From Candidatus Thorarchaeota archaeon (lineage in GTDB: Archaea > Asgardarchaeota > Thorarchaeia > Thorarchaeales > Thorarchaeaceae): DNA of 64,000 bases. Shown here one piece after another: positions 44,847 through 54,576 of the stretch. Under the pieces are notes generated by a model, which saw only the letters and a program-made list of their open reading frames with translations, was not told where the DNA came from and ran no database searches. Location: assembly GCA_046482545.1 (NCBI GenBank), contig JAWOEX010000021.1, forward strand, positions 192,001-256,000, read 5' to 3'. Every line of letters begins with the position of its first letter. Position 1 is the stretch's first letter. Both the position numbers and the translations under genes were made by a program.

Positions 44847-46655
44847 TTACTTGAAATATCTACGAGATACTGATTCCAAGATGAGAATGCTCGGTACAAC
44901 CATTAGAAGAAGGTAGGATCCAATCCCATTTCGAACGAGGAAAACAGTCCCTTGTAACGCGAAGAAACCAGAAAACAACAGAAATTCCACTACAAATACA
45001 ACGAGTAGCGGTAGCCATCCTGCAGTTATGATTTTCAATGGTAATTCATGTTCGAAGGTTGAAAGAGCCAAAGTAACACATAATAGACCTAGAACGATTG
45101 GTAGAAGCCAGCCACCAATCAAGAAAGTGTTTCCATACTGTTCAATAAAATCAACTAAGGTAAGTGTTGTTCTCTCTTCTATTACGATGAACGGCATCAC
45201 AAAACCAGCAACAGTAAGCATGGAACCAGTAAGAACAGGAAGTCCCCTAGGGATGTTTAATGAGCTGAGAGGGAAGTAACCTGAGAACACTAACCAAGCT
45301 AAACTGAGAGCAGCTATGATTCCGAGTATCATCAAACTATAAGACCCCGCCCTAGTGGATGCTGTTGAGGTACTCAAACAGAATACATAGCTTCTTCCGG
45401 TTGTGATGAAGAACGTTACCTTTGAAGGAATCGCAGGGAAAATGCGTTCATGGTAGGTATCATCACGCCGGTCCATCGGAGTTGTCAGCCATGAAGCTCC
45501 GGGCTCGCTTGTTCTCCAACATAGAATTGGAGTTCGATTGCCTGATACCTGCGAATCAACAAGAATGCTATTGCCCGTAGGAGTCAGTGAAACAGTATAT
45601 GACATCTGTATCGAAGGGATACTTCCTGCGTTGAACAGAGAATCAAGCCAATTTCCTACACTTTCAACCCAATTATTCTGAACTAAGTGACCATGATTCG
45701 GAGTAATGCAGAGAGATACCTCAGAATCGATACTTTCGATAGTGTCCTCAAATGAAGTCAATGTGAAGTACTCGTCATCAGTGCCAAAGAGGAGAAAAAT
45801 AGGTTGCGTGATCATGTCGGTATATGCAAGAGGATCAAACCACCTAATGATTAGCTCCATTTCAAATGAACCGTACGAATAATCAGGATTGATTAGGCCA
45901 TTAAGAAGAGAACCTGCACGAATAGAGTCCCGGAAATTCCCTGCGGCTAGCATGGCAACAGACGCGTCAACTCTGTTATCAATGGCAGAAAGAATGTAAG
46001 TCTCAATTCCGCCCATTGAAATACCGAGAAGAGTCGTGTTTTGGTCGTCAACATATGATAGATTCTCAAGTACTGTTAACCCTCTCGCTGCGGCTGTTAC
46101 TGAATGGTAGAGATGAGTACTCTGGGGGCCCGCGGATATATTCAGGAAGGTATAGGAATTCAGACTTGGCAACGATGTGGAGTCCCCAACGCCTGGAGCA
46201 TCAATACTCATCACAACATAGCCCTGTACTGCGAGATACTCCATCATATCTTCAAGGTCTTTGTGTGTCTGGCCATAACCATGGAGCATAAGGATTCCAG
46301 GCATGCTTTGTGAAAGGTTAGTTCTCATCATAACCAAGGCATTAATCCAGATTGCAGTTCCTGAGTAGATATGACTGTAGAATCTGAAGTTCCACTTCGT
46401 TAGATTTACAGTTTCACTTTGATGTTCTGTATCCACATACCGAATTGAGGCGTTCTCTATGAGCGATGGGCCCGTTCTTGCACCAGTCAAATTCCAGAAA
46501 TCAGTTTCATAGTATTGTTGGGGAGGTGGTGATTCCTTTCGAACAGGATAATGCGAACCGAATGAAACCCATGCTGTTACCACCGCTATCAGAACGAGTG
46601 TGATTAGGAATACGACAATACCCTTGTCCTGGCGATTCATTGCCAGAATAAACAC
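44847..46655 (-). CDS. Membrane-anchored alpha/beta hydrolase
   Basis: N-terminal TM, LHGYG, GISMGG nucleophile, GT.DEYF, NHGH; about 5 C-terminal TM helices. Confidence 0.8.
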   Translation of the reverse strand: MFILAMNRQDKGIVVFLITLVLIAVVTAWVSFGSHYPVRKESPPPQQYYETDFWNLTGARTGPSLIENASIRYVDTEHQSETVNLTKWNFRFYSHIYSGTAIWINALVMMRTNLSQSMPGILMLHGYGQTHKDLEDMMEYLAVQGYVVMSIDAPGVGDSTSLPSLNSYTFLNISAGPQSTHLYHSVTAAARGLTVLENLSYVDDQNTTLLGISMGGIETYILSAIDNRVDASVAMLAAGNFRDSIRAGSLLNGLINPDYSYGSFEMELIIRWFDPLAYTDMITQPIFLLFGTDDEYFTLTSFEDTIESIDSEVSLCITPNHGHLVQNNWVESVGNWLDSLFNAGSIPSIQMSYTVSLTPTGNSILVDSQVSGNRTPILCWRTSEPGASWLTTPMDRRDDTYHERIFPAIPSKVTFFITTGRSYVFCLSTSTASTRAGSYSLMILGIIAALSLAWLVFSGYFPLSSLNIPRGLPVLTGSMLTVAGFVMPFIVIEERTTLTLVDFIEQYGNTFLIGGWLLPIVLGLLCVTLALSTFEHELPLKIITAGWLPLLVVFVVEFLLFSGFFALQGTVFLVRNGIGSYLLLMVVPSILILESVSRRYFK

Positions 46656-47747
46656 CTAGACCGTACTACCGCAGTTACTGCATATGAAGCTACCGGGTTC
46701 AATTTCATGACCGCACACCCTGCACGTCCGTTTCTTTTTGACCCGCATCTCGTCAACAACACCAGCTTTCTGAGGTTCAAGGATGAACTTGTCTTTTTCA
46801 TCCTCATATGTAATCTTGAACTCTGTCGGATTCCCTGCCATTTCCAGAAGATCCGTCGGCATAGGTAGTCGATAATTGTTATCTAGTTTTACAACACGCG
46901 TATAATCCAACGTGTCCAAATCAATACCGGCTTGGTGGAATCCTGAGATGATGCCATCCCGAATCTCGATTGTTGCATCAGCTTTGGAGGCAACTTGTTG
47001 ACTGTGTGTAACAATGAAGAATGAGGTGCCCAAGGTTTCATTCAGTTCTTGAAAGAGGTTGAGTATGCGTTCAGCTGTTTCTGGGTCCAAATCTCCAGTT
47101 GGTTCATCACACAAAACAAGACCGTGACCCTCAGAATCAATGAGATTGACAAGTGCACTAGCAATGGCCACTCTGGACCGCTCGCCGCCACTCAAAGTTG
47201 TTGCTTTGTTATGCTTGCGATTTTCAAGACCAACAAGGCTGATAAGCCGGTCCACACGCTCTTGACGTACATCTCGTGGCACACCCGCTATTCTTGCAGC
47301 CAGCTCAATGTTCTTCCAAGCATCCAAATGTGGTAATAGGTTGTTTACTTGGAACACAAATCCTATGAATTTGCGCCTGGCCTGTGTGAGAATACGCTCA
47401 CCGAGTTTGGTTATATCCGTTCTCAAATTGGCCCAGTAGACCTTTCCCACGGTAGCCTTAGTAACTCCTCCGATTATATTCGTCAATGTTGTTTTGCCTG
47501 AGCCACTTGGACCCACTACCGCCATGATTTTTCCAGACAATATCTGGAGAGATACTCCACTAAGAGCTACTACTTCCAAATCATGTTTACTGTAAATCTT
47601 GTAGACATTATCAACGCTTACCACCACATCATCCGGAAAATCACTGTAGACATCCAATTCTTCTGGTGGAACCACTGATGACATATCGAGTAGTGAATTC
47701 GAGTATCTCATAAAACTATTGGGCTGCGCAGTAAAGACAGAGGCCAT
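46656..47747 (-). CDS. LolD/MacB-type ABC ATPase with C-terminal AbrB-like and Zn-ribbon extensions (start may be 47711 or 47684)
   Basis: GPSGSGKT, FVFQ, LSGGE, CDEPTGDLD, VTH; tail VVKLDNNYRLPMP... and CRVC...CSNC. Confidence 0.88.
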   Translation of the reverse strand: MASVFTAQPNSFMRYSNSLLDMSSVVPPEELDVYSDFPDDVVVSVDNVYKIYSKHDLEVVALSGVSLQILSGKIMAVVGPSGSGKTTLTNIIGGVTKATVGKVYWANLRTDITKLGERILTQARRKFIGFVFQVNNLLPHLDAWKNIELAARIAGVPRDVRQERVDRLISLVGLENRKHNKATTLSGGERSRVAIASALVNLIDSEGHGLVLCDEPTGDLDPETAERILNLFQELNETLGTSFFIVTHSQQVASKADATIEIRDGIISGFHQAGIDLDTLDYTRVVKLDNNYRLPMPTDLLEMAGNPTEFKITYEDEKDKFILEPQKAGVVDEMRVKKKRTCRVCGHEIEPGSFICSNCGSTV

Positions 47748-47751
47748 ATCC

Positions 47752-50634
47752 TCATAGATTTCTCAGAGTTTGAGCAGGATCAACGGACCCGGCTTGCTGA
47801 GCAGGTAGATAGCAGGCTGCTATCATTGACCCTCCTTCTAATGAGAGCAGTATCATCATGACCAACAATGGATATGATGGGATAACTCCTAGTATTGGGA
47901 AGAAAGGGGATACACCGAAAGTCAAAATGGTCATTGAGAACCCAAAAGCAAAGCCCAGCAACAAGCTAATCGAGATAGCGGCTGCAACAGATCCAGAGAA
48001 TTCACCAAATACCATTTCCACGACCTGCCTCTTTGTTGCCCCTAATGCTCTGAAAATGGCATACTCTTCTTTACGGTCAGATACAGCAGATCCCAAGAAG
48101 AGAATAATTGCAGAAATACCCATTGCAGCGCAAAGAAGTGAAGTGATTGTAGTTAAACCCTGTATTCCGGAAAGAAACAGCCAAGTCTGATAAGACTCAA
48201 TTTCAATGTCAAAGGTAGAGACAGAGTAGGCTCTTGTGTTCTTCTCTTGTGAAAGATTGGCGATAATCGGGTTCACTTCGATATCGGAGGTGGTGTCTGC
48301 GAAAAAGAGATCACATGTTTTTACATCTGTAATTGATGAGAGATAGTCAATGTTGACAAAAGCGAAACCGCCTAAGCCTGCTTGAAATCCGAAGTGAGCA
48401 GCAAGAGATGGTTGAGTATCTCCGTGAGTAGAGGCTAGCCCTAAACCCGGAGCGCTCTTCATAATACCCACGATTTCGAGTGAAGATACAATAGTATCGT
48501 TCGAGGTTTCAATATACGTGGAGATTTCATCACCCATGGATTTATCCCAAAGAGAGGCGTAGTAAGAACCAATAATTACTCCTTTTCGTGTCTCAGAAAG
48601 ACTTGTCAGTACGGTCTCCGGTGATCCCGATTGGAAGCTCTTAGGCGTGAAGTGCCCTATTTCCATGTATTCAATTGCGTCGATCCCTTCCAAAAAGAAT
48701 GCATTTTCTCCTACTTGGGCGCGTACTTGGAGAACAGGAGTGGACCTAGTAACGCCAGAATAGCTCAAAAGTGTTTCATTAAATGAGAAAGGTTTAGAAT
48801 CACATTCAACCCGTAAGTCTGCCCCAATCGAATAGTCCAGCTCATTGTTTACTGTGGTCTGAAAGCTCGATGCCTGTATTACCATCATTGTCGTAGTGCT
48901 TAGTGTGAGCGTAAGGATGAGCAGCAAGGGTACGAAACGGCCTTTTCTGCGTCGAAGGCTCTGTGTTAGATATACGCGCTTTTCCCCCAGCAAAAACCCA
49001 CTTCTTTCTGAGATTTTGGCAGTTACTAGACGCATAGCTCTGGAACCTATATATGCTGTCACAAAGAGTAGTATGGTAGCTATCAGAATTCCTGTCAGCG
49101 CAACTGTTCCGATTGGTTTCACAAAAGTGGGTATGAGCACTAATCCGAGCAATATTATGCTAAGGACTATACCGTATGACCAACTTTTGGGCTCTTTGCC
49201 GCTTTCTTCTTCAAAACCGGCGGTAGACTGGCCAATCTCGGTTACATCCACTTGCCTCGCAACATGGAAGAGATAGGTACCGGGAAGGTAAATGGAAATA
49301 GCAGCTGCAATTATGAGGGAAATCGGAGGTACGTACAGGTTTTCGAAGAAATGGATATACTGCACCGGGTCGAAGACAAAAAGATTCGTAGATGAACTCA
49401 CAAGAGGGGCCATCAGAATTGAAGTGGCTACACCCGTAGCAAAGCCAAAGAGCATAAGAAATATGGACTCCCACATAAAAGTGGAAAAAATCTGGTTGAA
49501 GGAAGCACCTTTCGACCTCAAAGCGCTTATTTCCCCCTTTCTGCGAGAAACAGAGTCATCTGATGCAAATACTGTAAGCATCAAGCTCATAATCAAAACT
49601 GGAAATACTGCTACAGAAAGAATCTGTGATTTCATATATGCCTCAATACTCGATTCAAGGACAGATATTTCTCTGAACCCATCTATTCTGATGCCGGGAT
49701 ACTGCTCCTCAAATTGATTCTTCATGCTCAAAAGGTTCTCAGTAACTTCGGCAGTTCCAGCATCAAGAAGAGCATTGTTAGATGCTCTTACAAAGAGGAG
49801 AGGAGAGAAGTAACCTCTACCAGCTATATCTTTCAGTAAATCACTATCTACTTGTTCTCCGAGGAGCAGGACGGAGTCTTCAATACCAAGAACAGGTTCT
49901 GAAAGACCGAATGGGTCCCAGTTCTTCCGTCGCATTCCCACTATAGAACTACTAATCAGGTTCCTTCTATTCGTTCGATTGTATATTCCGGCAACAGTTA
50001 GATTCTCTACAGCATAAGGCGAAATCTGATCTTTCGTCTTGAATTCATAGAGACTTCCCCCATATCGCAGAATGTCCAGATTTATAGACCGTCCAATATC
50101 TATTGTAAGGTTATGCACATCATGGGTATACTCAACGAACTGCCTCGAAACTAGAATATCACCCCGCGCCATTGAGAAATTGCCTGCATATTCGAAGTCT
50201 TGCTCCCAATAGGCCAAGATTTCATTCGTGACAAAAATAACACTCGTGTCTTTAATGCCATTAGCATAGTTTAGTCCCGAAGGAGAATAATCTTCCCAGT
50301 CAGGAATCGATTCGCCCCGCAGTATACCGATTGTATACTTGATGCCATGAAGGGTCTCTGCAAAAGGATGAGCCTCTAAGTCTTCCTCAGCAGATTCTAT
50401 GCCTGACGTTGTGAATGACTCGCCCGGTTTTGGAGAAAGCACCATCTGATAGATATTCTCAGAAAAATATTCATCAACCCTTATACGAGCCCCAGTATGA
50501 CTCCAGACAAATACAGTCGTTGGTAGTGCTACGCCTATCGCTAGGATGAGTGCAATGCCCATATTGCGTATACGGTGATTCTTCAATGAGCTAAGCGCAT
50601 ATGATGGGGCCCACAATGAATTCCCAGTCAGCAA
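47752..50634 (-). CDS. Large FtsX/MacB-like ABC permease
   Basis: Two FtsX repeats (RRKGEISALRSKGAS; RKEEYAIFRALGAT), GADL, C-terminal PA..A..VDP...LR. Confidence 0.85.
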   Translation of the reverse strand: MLTGNSLWAPSYALSSLKNHRIRNMGIALILAIGVALPTTVFVWSHTGARIRVDEYFSENIYQMVLSPKPGESFTTSGIESAEEDLEAHPFAETLHGIKYTIGILRGESIPDWEDYSPSGLNYANGIKDTSVIFVTNEILAYWEQDFEYAGNFSMARGDILVSRQFVEYTHDVHNLTIDIGRSINLDILRYGGSLYEFKTKDQISPYAVENLTVAGIYNRTNRRNLISSSIVGMRRKNWDPFGLSEPVLGIEDSVLLLGEQVDSDLLKDIAGRGYFSPLLFVRASNNALLDAGTAEVTENLLSMKNQFEEQYPGIRIDGFREISVLESSIEAYMKSQILSVAVFPVLIMSLMLTVFASDDSVSRRKGEISALRSKGASFNQIFSTFMWESIFLMLFGFATGVATSILMAPLVSSSTNLFVFDPVQYIHFFENLYVPPISLIIAAAISIYLPGTYLFHVARQVDVTEIGQSTAGFEEESGKEPKSWSYGIVLSIILLGLVLIPTFVKPIGTVALTGILIATILLFVTAYIGSRAMRLVTAKISERSGFLLGEKRVYLTQSLRRRKGRFVPLLLILTLTLSTTTMMVIQASSFQTTVNNELDYSIGADLRVECDSKPFSFNETLLSYSGVTRSTPVLQVRAQVGENAFFLEGIDAIEYMEIGHFTPKSFQSGSPETVLTSLSETRKGVIIGSYYASLWDKSMGDEISTYIETSNDTIVSSLEIVGIMKSAPGLGLASTHGDTQPSLAAHFGFQAGLGGFAFVNIDYLSSITDVKTCDLFFADTTSDIEVNPIIANLSQEKNTRAYSVSTFDIEIESYQTWLFLSGIQGLTTITSLLCAAMGISAIILFLGSAVSDRKEEYAIFRALGATKRQVVEMVFGEFSGSVAAAISISLLLGFAFGFSMTILTFGVSPFFPILGVIPSYPLLVMMILLSLEGGSMIAACYLPAQQAGSVDPAQTLRNL

Positions 50635-50667
50635 TTTGTTTGAATCTTTGCTCAGTTTCTAGCCTCC

Positions 50668-53559
50668 TTACAGATTCCTCAGAATAATGGCAGGGTCGGT
50701 CTTCGCAGCTTCCTTCGCCGGGAAATAGCAACCAATCATCATTGCTGACACTTCCAGCAGTAGTACAGTCATAAGGAATCTAACAGGAAATATGATAATA
50801 GGCTCAAGAACCCTTGAGAAAGGACTCATAGAAAAGAGGAGTATTGAGAGAATATATCCAAAAATCGTACCGAGAATAAGGCTGAGAGTCAGAGATGCTA
50901 GCACAACACCACTGAACTCTGAGAAGACGATTTTGATTACTTGGTTCCTTGAAGCACCAACCGCTCTCAAAATGGCATAGTCTCGCTTGCGTTCGTGTAC
51001 AACAGACCCGAGAAACAGAGTGAGTGCAAAGATACTGATTGTGAACGACATAACAAATCCAATGGAAGATAACCCTTCAGCTGTGCTGAGAAAAAGAACA
51101 GTACTAAAAGAATGACGCTCTAAATCAAACGTCTCTGGTGTGGTTGCAGTAACTCCGGGAATCTCCTTGAGTCCGCGTAAAACTGTATCTTGGTCGGACA
51201 TACAAACTAAATCACACAAGAACAGTTCTGCCGTAGATATGTCGGTTTGTGTTGATAGATATTCCAAATTCGTTATTGCGAAACCAGAGAATTTTGGTTG
51301 ATAACCAAAAGCAGCCCTATGTCCAGAGGGGGGAATGTCTTCTGGGGATGCGTATCCAAAACCGGGTGCCGTGTGCAATAATCCTGTTAGCACAAAGGAG
51401 ATGCTTTCACTCTTCAGACGCCCTCCCACCTCTAGGTTCAAGGAATCCCCAATAGATTTGTTCCATCGATCTGCATGATACTTACTGAGAATTATTCCAT
51501 TCTCGATGGAATGGAGTCTAGATAAGACATAATCAGGTTCTTTGCCGAAGAAACTACTTTCATCGAAAGCACCAATAGAAGCATATTCAATAGCATCTGT
51601 ACCGAGAAGTGTAATCCTGTGAGTTCCAACAGATCCCCAAGTTTGTAGGAATGGTGCCGACTTCAAGACCCCAGGATATTGCTCTATGGTGTCATTGAAG
51701 CTAAAGGGCTTAGCGGAACAACTAACCCTCATGTCGGCGCCAACAGCATACGATACTTCTCTTTCAAGATCTGCTTCATAGCTGTTTGCCTGAACAGCGA
51801 AGGCGATTGTTGAAGAGAGCGTCAGTGTCAGAATAACCATCAAAGGAACAATCCGACCTTTACGCACCTTGAGATTGCCGGCAGTAATACGATTCTTCTC
51901 ACCCAGAAGAAATGATATACGACTCGTAAATCTCGAAAAACCAACCCGGGCAATTCGCGACCCATTATATGCCATGAAAAACCATGCTGCGGTTCCAAAT
52001 CCAATCTCAAGCATGAAGACAAATGTGTTTGTTGGTAATAGGAAAATTGCTCCAGCGACGAGCCCCAGCAAAAAGATCGACGCACCTATAGTGAATCTAT
52101 AAGCCGGAGTGACTGAATCAGGAATGTCATCGGTTTCGACAAGTGATGAGCCGATTTCTGCCATCGCAGCTTTCCGAGCAGAATACAAGATGAAGAGGAG
52201 AGGAGGGAGAATGCAAAAGAAAATAGAATAGAGAACGCCTTGTGGAGTCACAACAGTATTTGCAAGGTACGTCTGGTAAAGGGTCCAGTCAAAAACCATG
52301 AAGGAAGTGGCTGAGTGAATTAGTGCTCCAAGAAATACTGCAAGTACAAGCCCAATTAACATACCCAGCAAGGCCATGAGAGCAACCTCAGCGATGAAGA
52401 TGGCATAGATTTGATTGGAGCTTGCTCCTTTGGAGCGAAGGGCGCTAACTTCCCCTTTTCGAGTTGCCATGAAACCATCAGCCGCAAATACTGATAGAAA
52501 GAATGCGAGAAGAAAAATGGGAAGATTCAGTAACGAAATTGGTAGTGTCTCCAAGTATGTATCAACAATGCTCTGCATGTACTGAATTTCGCTTAGACCC
52601 TCAATATCCACATCGAATTGCTCATCTATACGTTCCTTCAACGTAAGAAGGTTATCCGCCATGGAGGTAGCACCTCTTGCTATCAAAGCGTCACAAGAAG
52701 CTCGTACAAGGGTTCTCACTCCAAAGAAGCCGCTTTCTGGCAGACTCTCGGTATCTATCGAACTGGCAAGAACCATTATACTATCCCGTATACCTAGGAC
52801 TGGAGTGTCATAATGGAGTGATTCATAGTTGGAGCGCATTATGGAAGGAAAGGCGCTTTCAACTAGAGAATTATATCCCTTCATCTCGTATATTCCGGCG
52901 ACTCTTAGCGATTCAAGACTAGTTCTGTCCAAGTCTCCAATCGGAGCAGAATCACCAGCAGGCGCTTTCTTTAATACTTCGATATCAATTGTTGAGTTCA
53001 AAGCCAACATACGACCAAATACGTCGTAGTAGTAAGAGCGGAATTGGGATGATACGAGTATTTCCCCTTCCCCGATTGAAAAATTCCCCTCAACTAACAT
53101 CTCGGATGCCAATGTATCGAGAAAGGCATTATTCACGAATATGACTTGGCAATCCTTTAGGCCATCGGTATATACGGGTAGGTCAATGCCATAAGTTGTA
53201 CTGTCAGGTAACCGAGTAGCGGATACTAGGCCGACGGTCGAATTCAACCGATGAACATCCTTAACCAGAGGACTGTCTAGAGCATATGACTCGGCATCGA
53301 CTGCCTCCTGTGTCATCCCAACGGGAGTCTCTATAAGCATCTGAAACGAATTATCTGCAAAATAGTTCCTAACGCCATAGTGAACACCTGTATCAGCCCA
53401 GATATAGGCAGAACTGACCAGAGAGAAACCTAGCGCGAGAGTAATTGCCAAGCTTAACGCTCTTCGTGGATATGCTTTCATCGAGCCTACAGCATATGAG
53501 AATGCGTATGCACGGTTCTCCTCCGAGAAAGTCGATTCGTTCACCTCAGTATCCACCAA
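50668..53559 (-). CDS. Large FtsX/MacB-like ABC permease (paralog)
   Basis: RKGEVSALRSKGAS, RKRDYAILRAVGAS, GADM, PAKEAAKTDPAIILR. Confidence 0.85.
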   Translation of the reverse strand: MVDTEVNESTFSEENRAYAFSYAVGSMKAYPRRALSLAITLALGFSLVSSAYIWADTGVHYGVRNYFADNSFQMLIETPVGMTQEAVDAESYALDSPLVKDVHRLNSTVGLVSATRLPDSTTYGIDLPVYTDGLKDCQVIFVNNAFLDTLASEMLVEGNFSIGEGEILVSSQFRSYYYDVFGRMLALNSTIDIEVLKKAPAGDSAPIGDLDRTSLESLRVAGIYEMKGYNSLVESAFPSIMRSNYESLHYDTPVLGIRDSIMVLASSIDTESLPESGFFGVRTLVRASCDALIARGATSMADNLLTLKERIDEQFDVDIEGLSEIQYMQSIVDTYLETLPISLLNLPIFLLAFFLSVFAADGFMATRKGEVSALRSKGASSNQIYAIFIAEVALMALLGMLIGLVLAVFLGALIHSATSFMVFDWTLYQTYLANTVVTPQGVLYSIFFCILPPLLFILYSARKAAMAEIGSSLVETDDIPDSVTPAYRFTIGASIFLLGLVAGAIFLLPTNTFVFMLEIGFGTAAWFFMAYNGSRIARVGFSRFTSRISFLLGEKNRITAGNLKVRKGRIVPLMVILTLTLSSTIAFAVQANSYEADLEREVSYAVGADMRVSCSAKPFSFNDTIEQYPGVLKSAPFLQTWGSVGTHRITLLGTDAIEYASIGAFDESSFFGKEPDYVLSRLHSIENGIILSKYHADRWNKSIGDSLNLEVGGRLKSESISFVLTGLLHTAPGFGYASPEDIPPSGHRAAFGYQPKFSGFAITNLEYLSTQTDISTAELFLCDLVCMSDQDTVLRGLKEIPGVTATTPETFDLERHSFSTVLFLSTAEGLSSIGFVMSFTISIFALTLFLGSVVHERKRDYAILRAVGASRNQVIKIVFSEFSGVVLASLTLSLILGTIFGYILSILLFSMSPFSRVLEPIIIFPVRFLMTVLLLEVSAMMIGCYFPAKEAAKTDPAIILRNL

Positions 53560-53565
53560 TCAAAA

Positions 53566-54357
53566 TCATTCTGTATCAGATGCATCCCGAGATGATTGTA
53601 TCTGTCCTTGTTTTGCTCGAACATCCACTCCGCTCGCCCTGAAGAAATCGCCGACAAGTTCTTCGACCAGTATTCCGTCTCTTAGCAGGAGGATCTTATC
53701 GGTCATCTTTGCAACTTCTGGATCGTGGGTGACCGTAATAACTGCTCGATTCTCTCTTTTGGCCAAATCACGCATCAGTTCAATAATGACGCCGCCTGTC
53801 TTGTGATCCAAGTCTCCTGTTGGTTCATCACACAACAAGACAACAGGGTCGTTTGCTAATGCCCTTGCAAGAGCAACCCTAGACCGCATTCCTCCAGAAA
53901 GCTCATGAGGCATGTGATGCGCCCTATGGGCCACATCGACATCTTCGAGTAACTTCATGGCGCGCTTATGTCTTTCATTCTCTCGAACTTCTTCCAAAAA
54001 CATCGGGACTTGGACGTTTTCTAGTGCTGTAAAAATGGGAAGAAGATGTTGATCTTGGAAAAGCACACCTATCTTTCTTCGGCGCACTTGCGATAGAGCG
54101 TCATCGTTCATGTCTGACAACTCTATGCCATCAACGAAGATTCTGCCGCTAGTAGGTCGGTCAAGACCGCCAATAAGATTCAGCAGGGTGGTCTTGCCAG
54201 AACCTGAAGCACCAACAATGGCAACAAAATCACCTTTGTGAACAGTTAGGTTGGTTCCACGAAGGACTTCGATTACACGAGTACCATCTTGGAACTGCCT
54301 GTGAATATCCTCACAAACGACAGCAGAACCATTAGTGCTATCCAATTCAAAGGCCAC
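53566..54357 (-). CDS. LolD/MacB-type ABC ATPase
   Basis: GASGSGKT, LFQ, LSGGM, CDEPTGDLD, VTHD. Confidence 0.92.
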   Translation of the reverse strand: MAFELDSTNGSAVVCEDIHRQFQDGTRVIEVLRGTNLTVHKGDFVAIVGASGSGKTTLLNLIGGLDRPTSGRIFVDGIELSDMNDDALSQVRRRKIGVLFQDQHLLPIFTALENVQVPMFLEEVRENERHKRAMKLLEDVDVAHRAHHMPHELSGGMRSRVALARALANDPVVLLCDEPTGDLDHKTGGVIIELMRDLAKRENRAVITVTHDPEVAKMTDKILLLRDGILVEELVGDFFRASGVDVRAKQGQIQSSRDASDTE

Positions 54358-54576
54358 CTTTGCCCTTGGACAGATGGCTGATTTTTAAACTTGCTACTCA
54401 AGCAGAATATCTGCGAAAAACCAATGCCTACGAACGCCGTCTATCCCAAATAGTATGTCCATTTGAAATGCACAATAGTGGGTTTCCCGCAGTTACAGGT
54501 TAACCAAATATAAGAAACAGATTATGGAGAAGCGGACTGCGTAAACTATAACTGCAGAGCGCATTTCACAGCTGTT

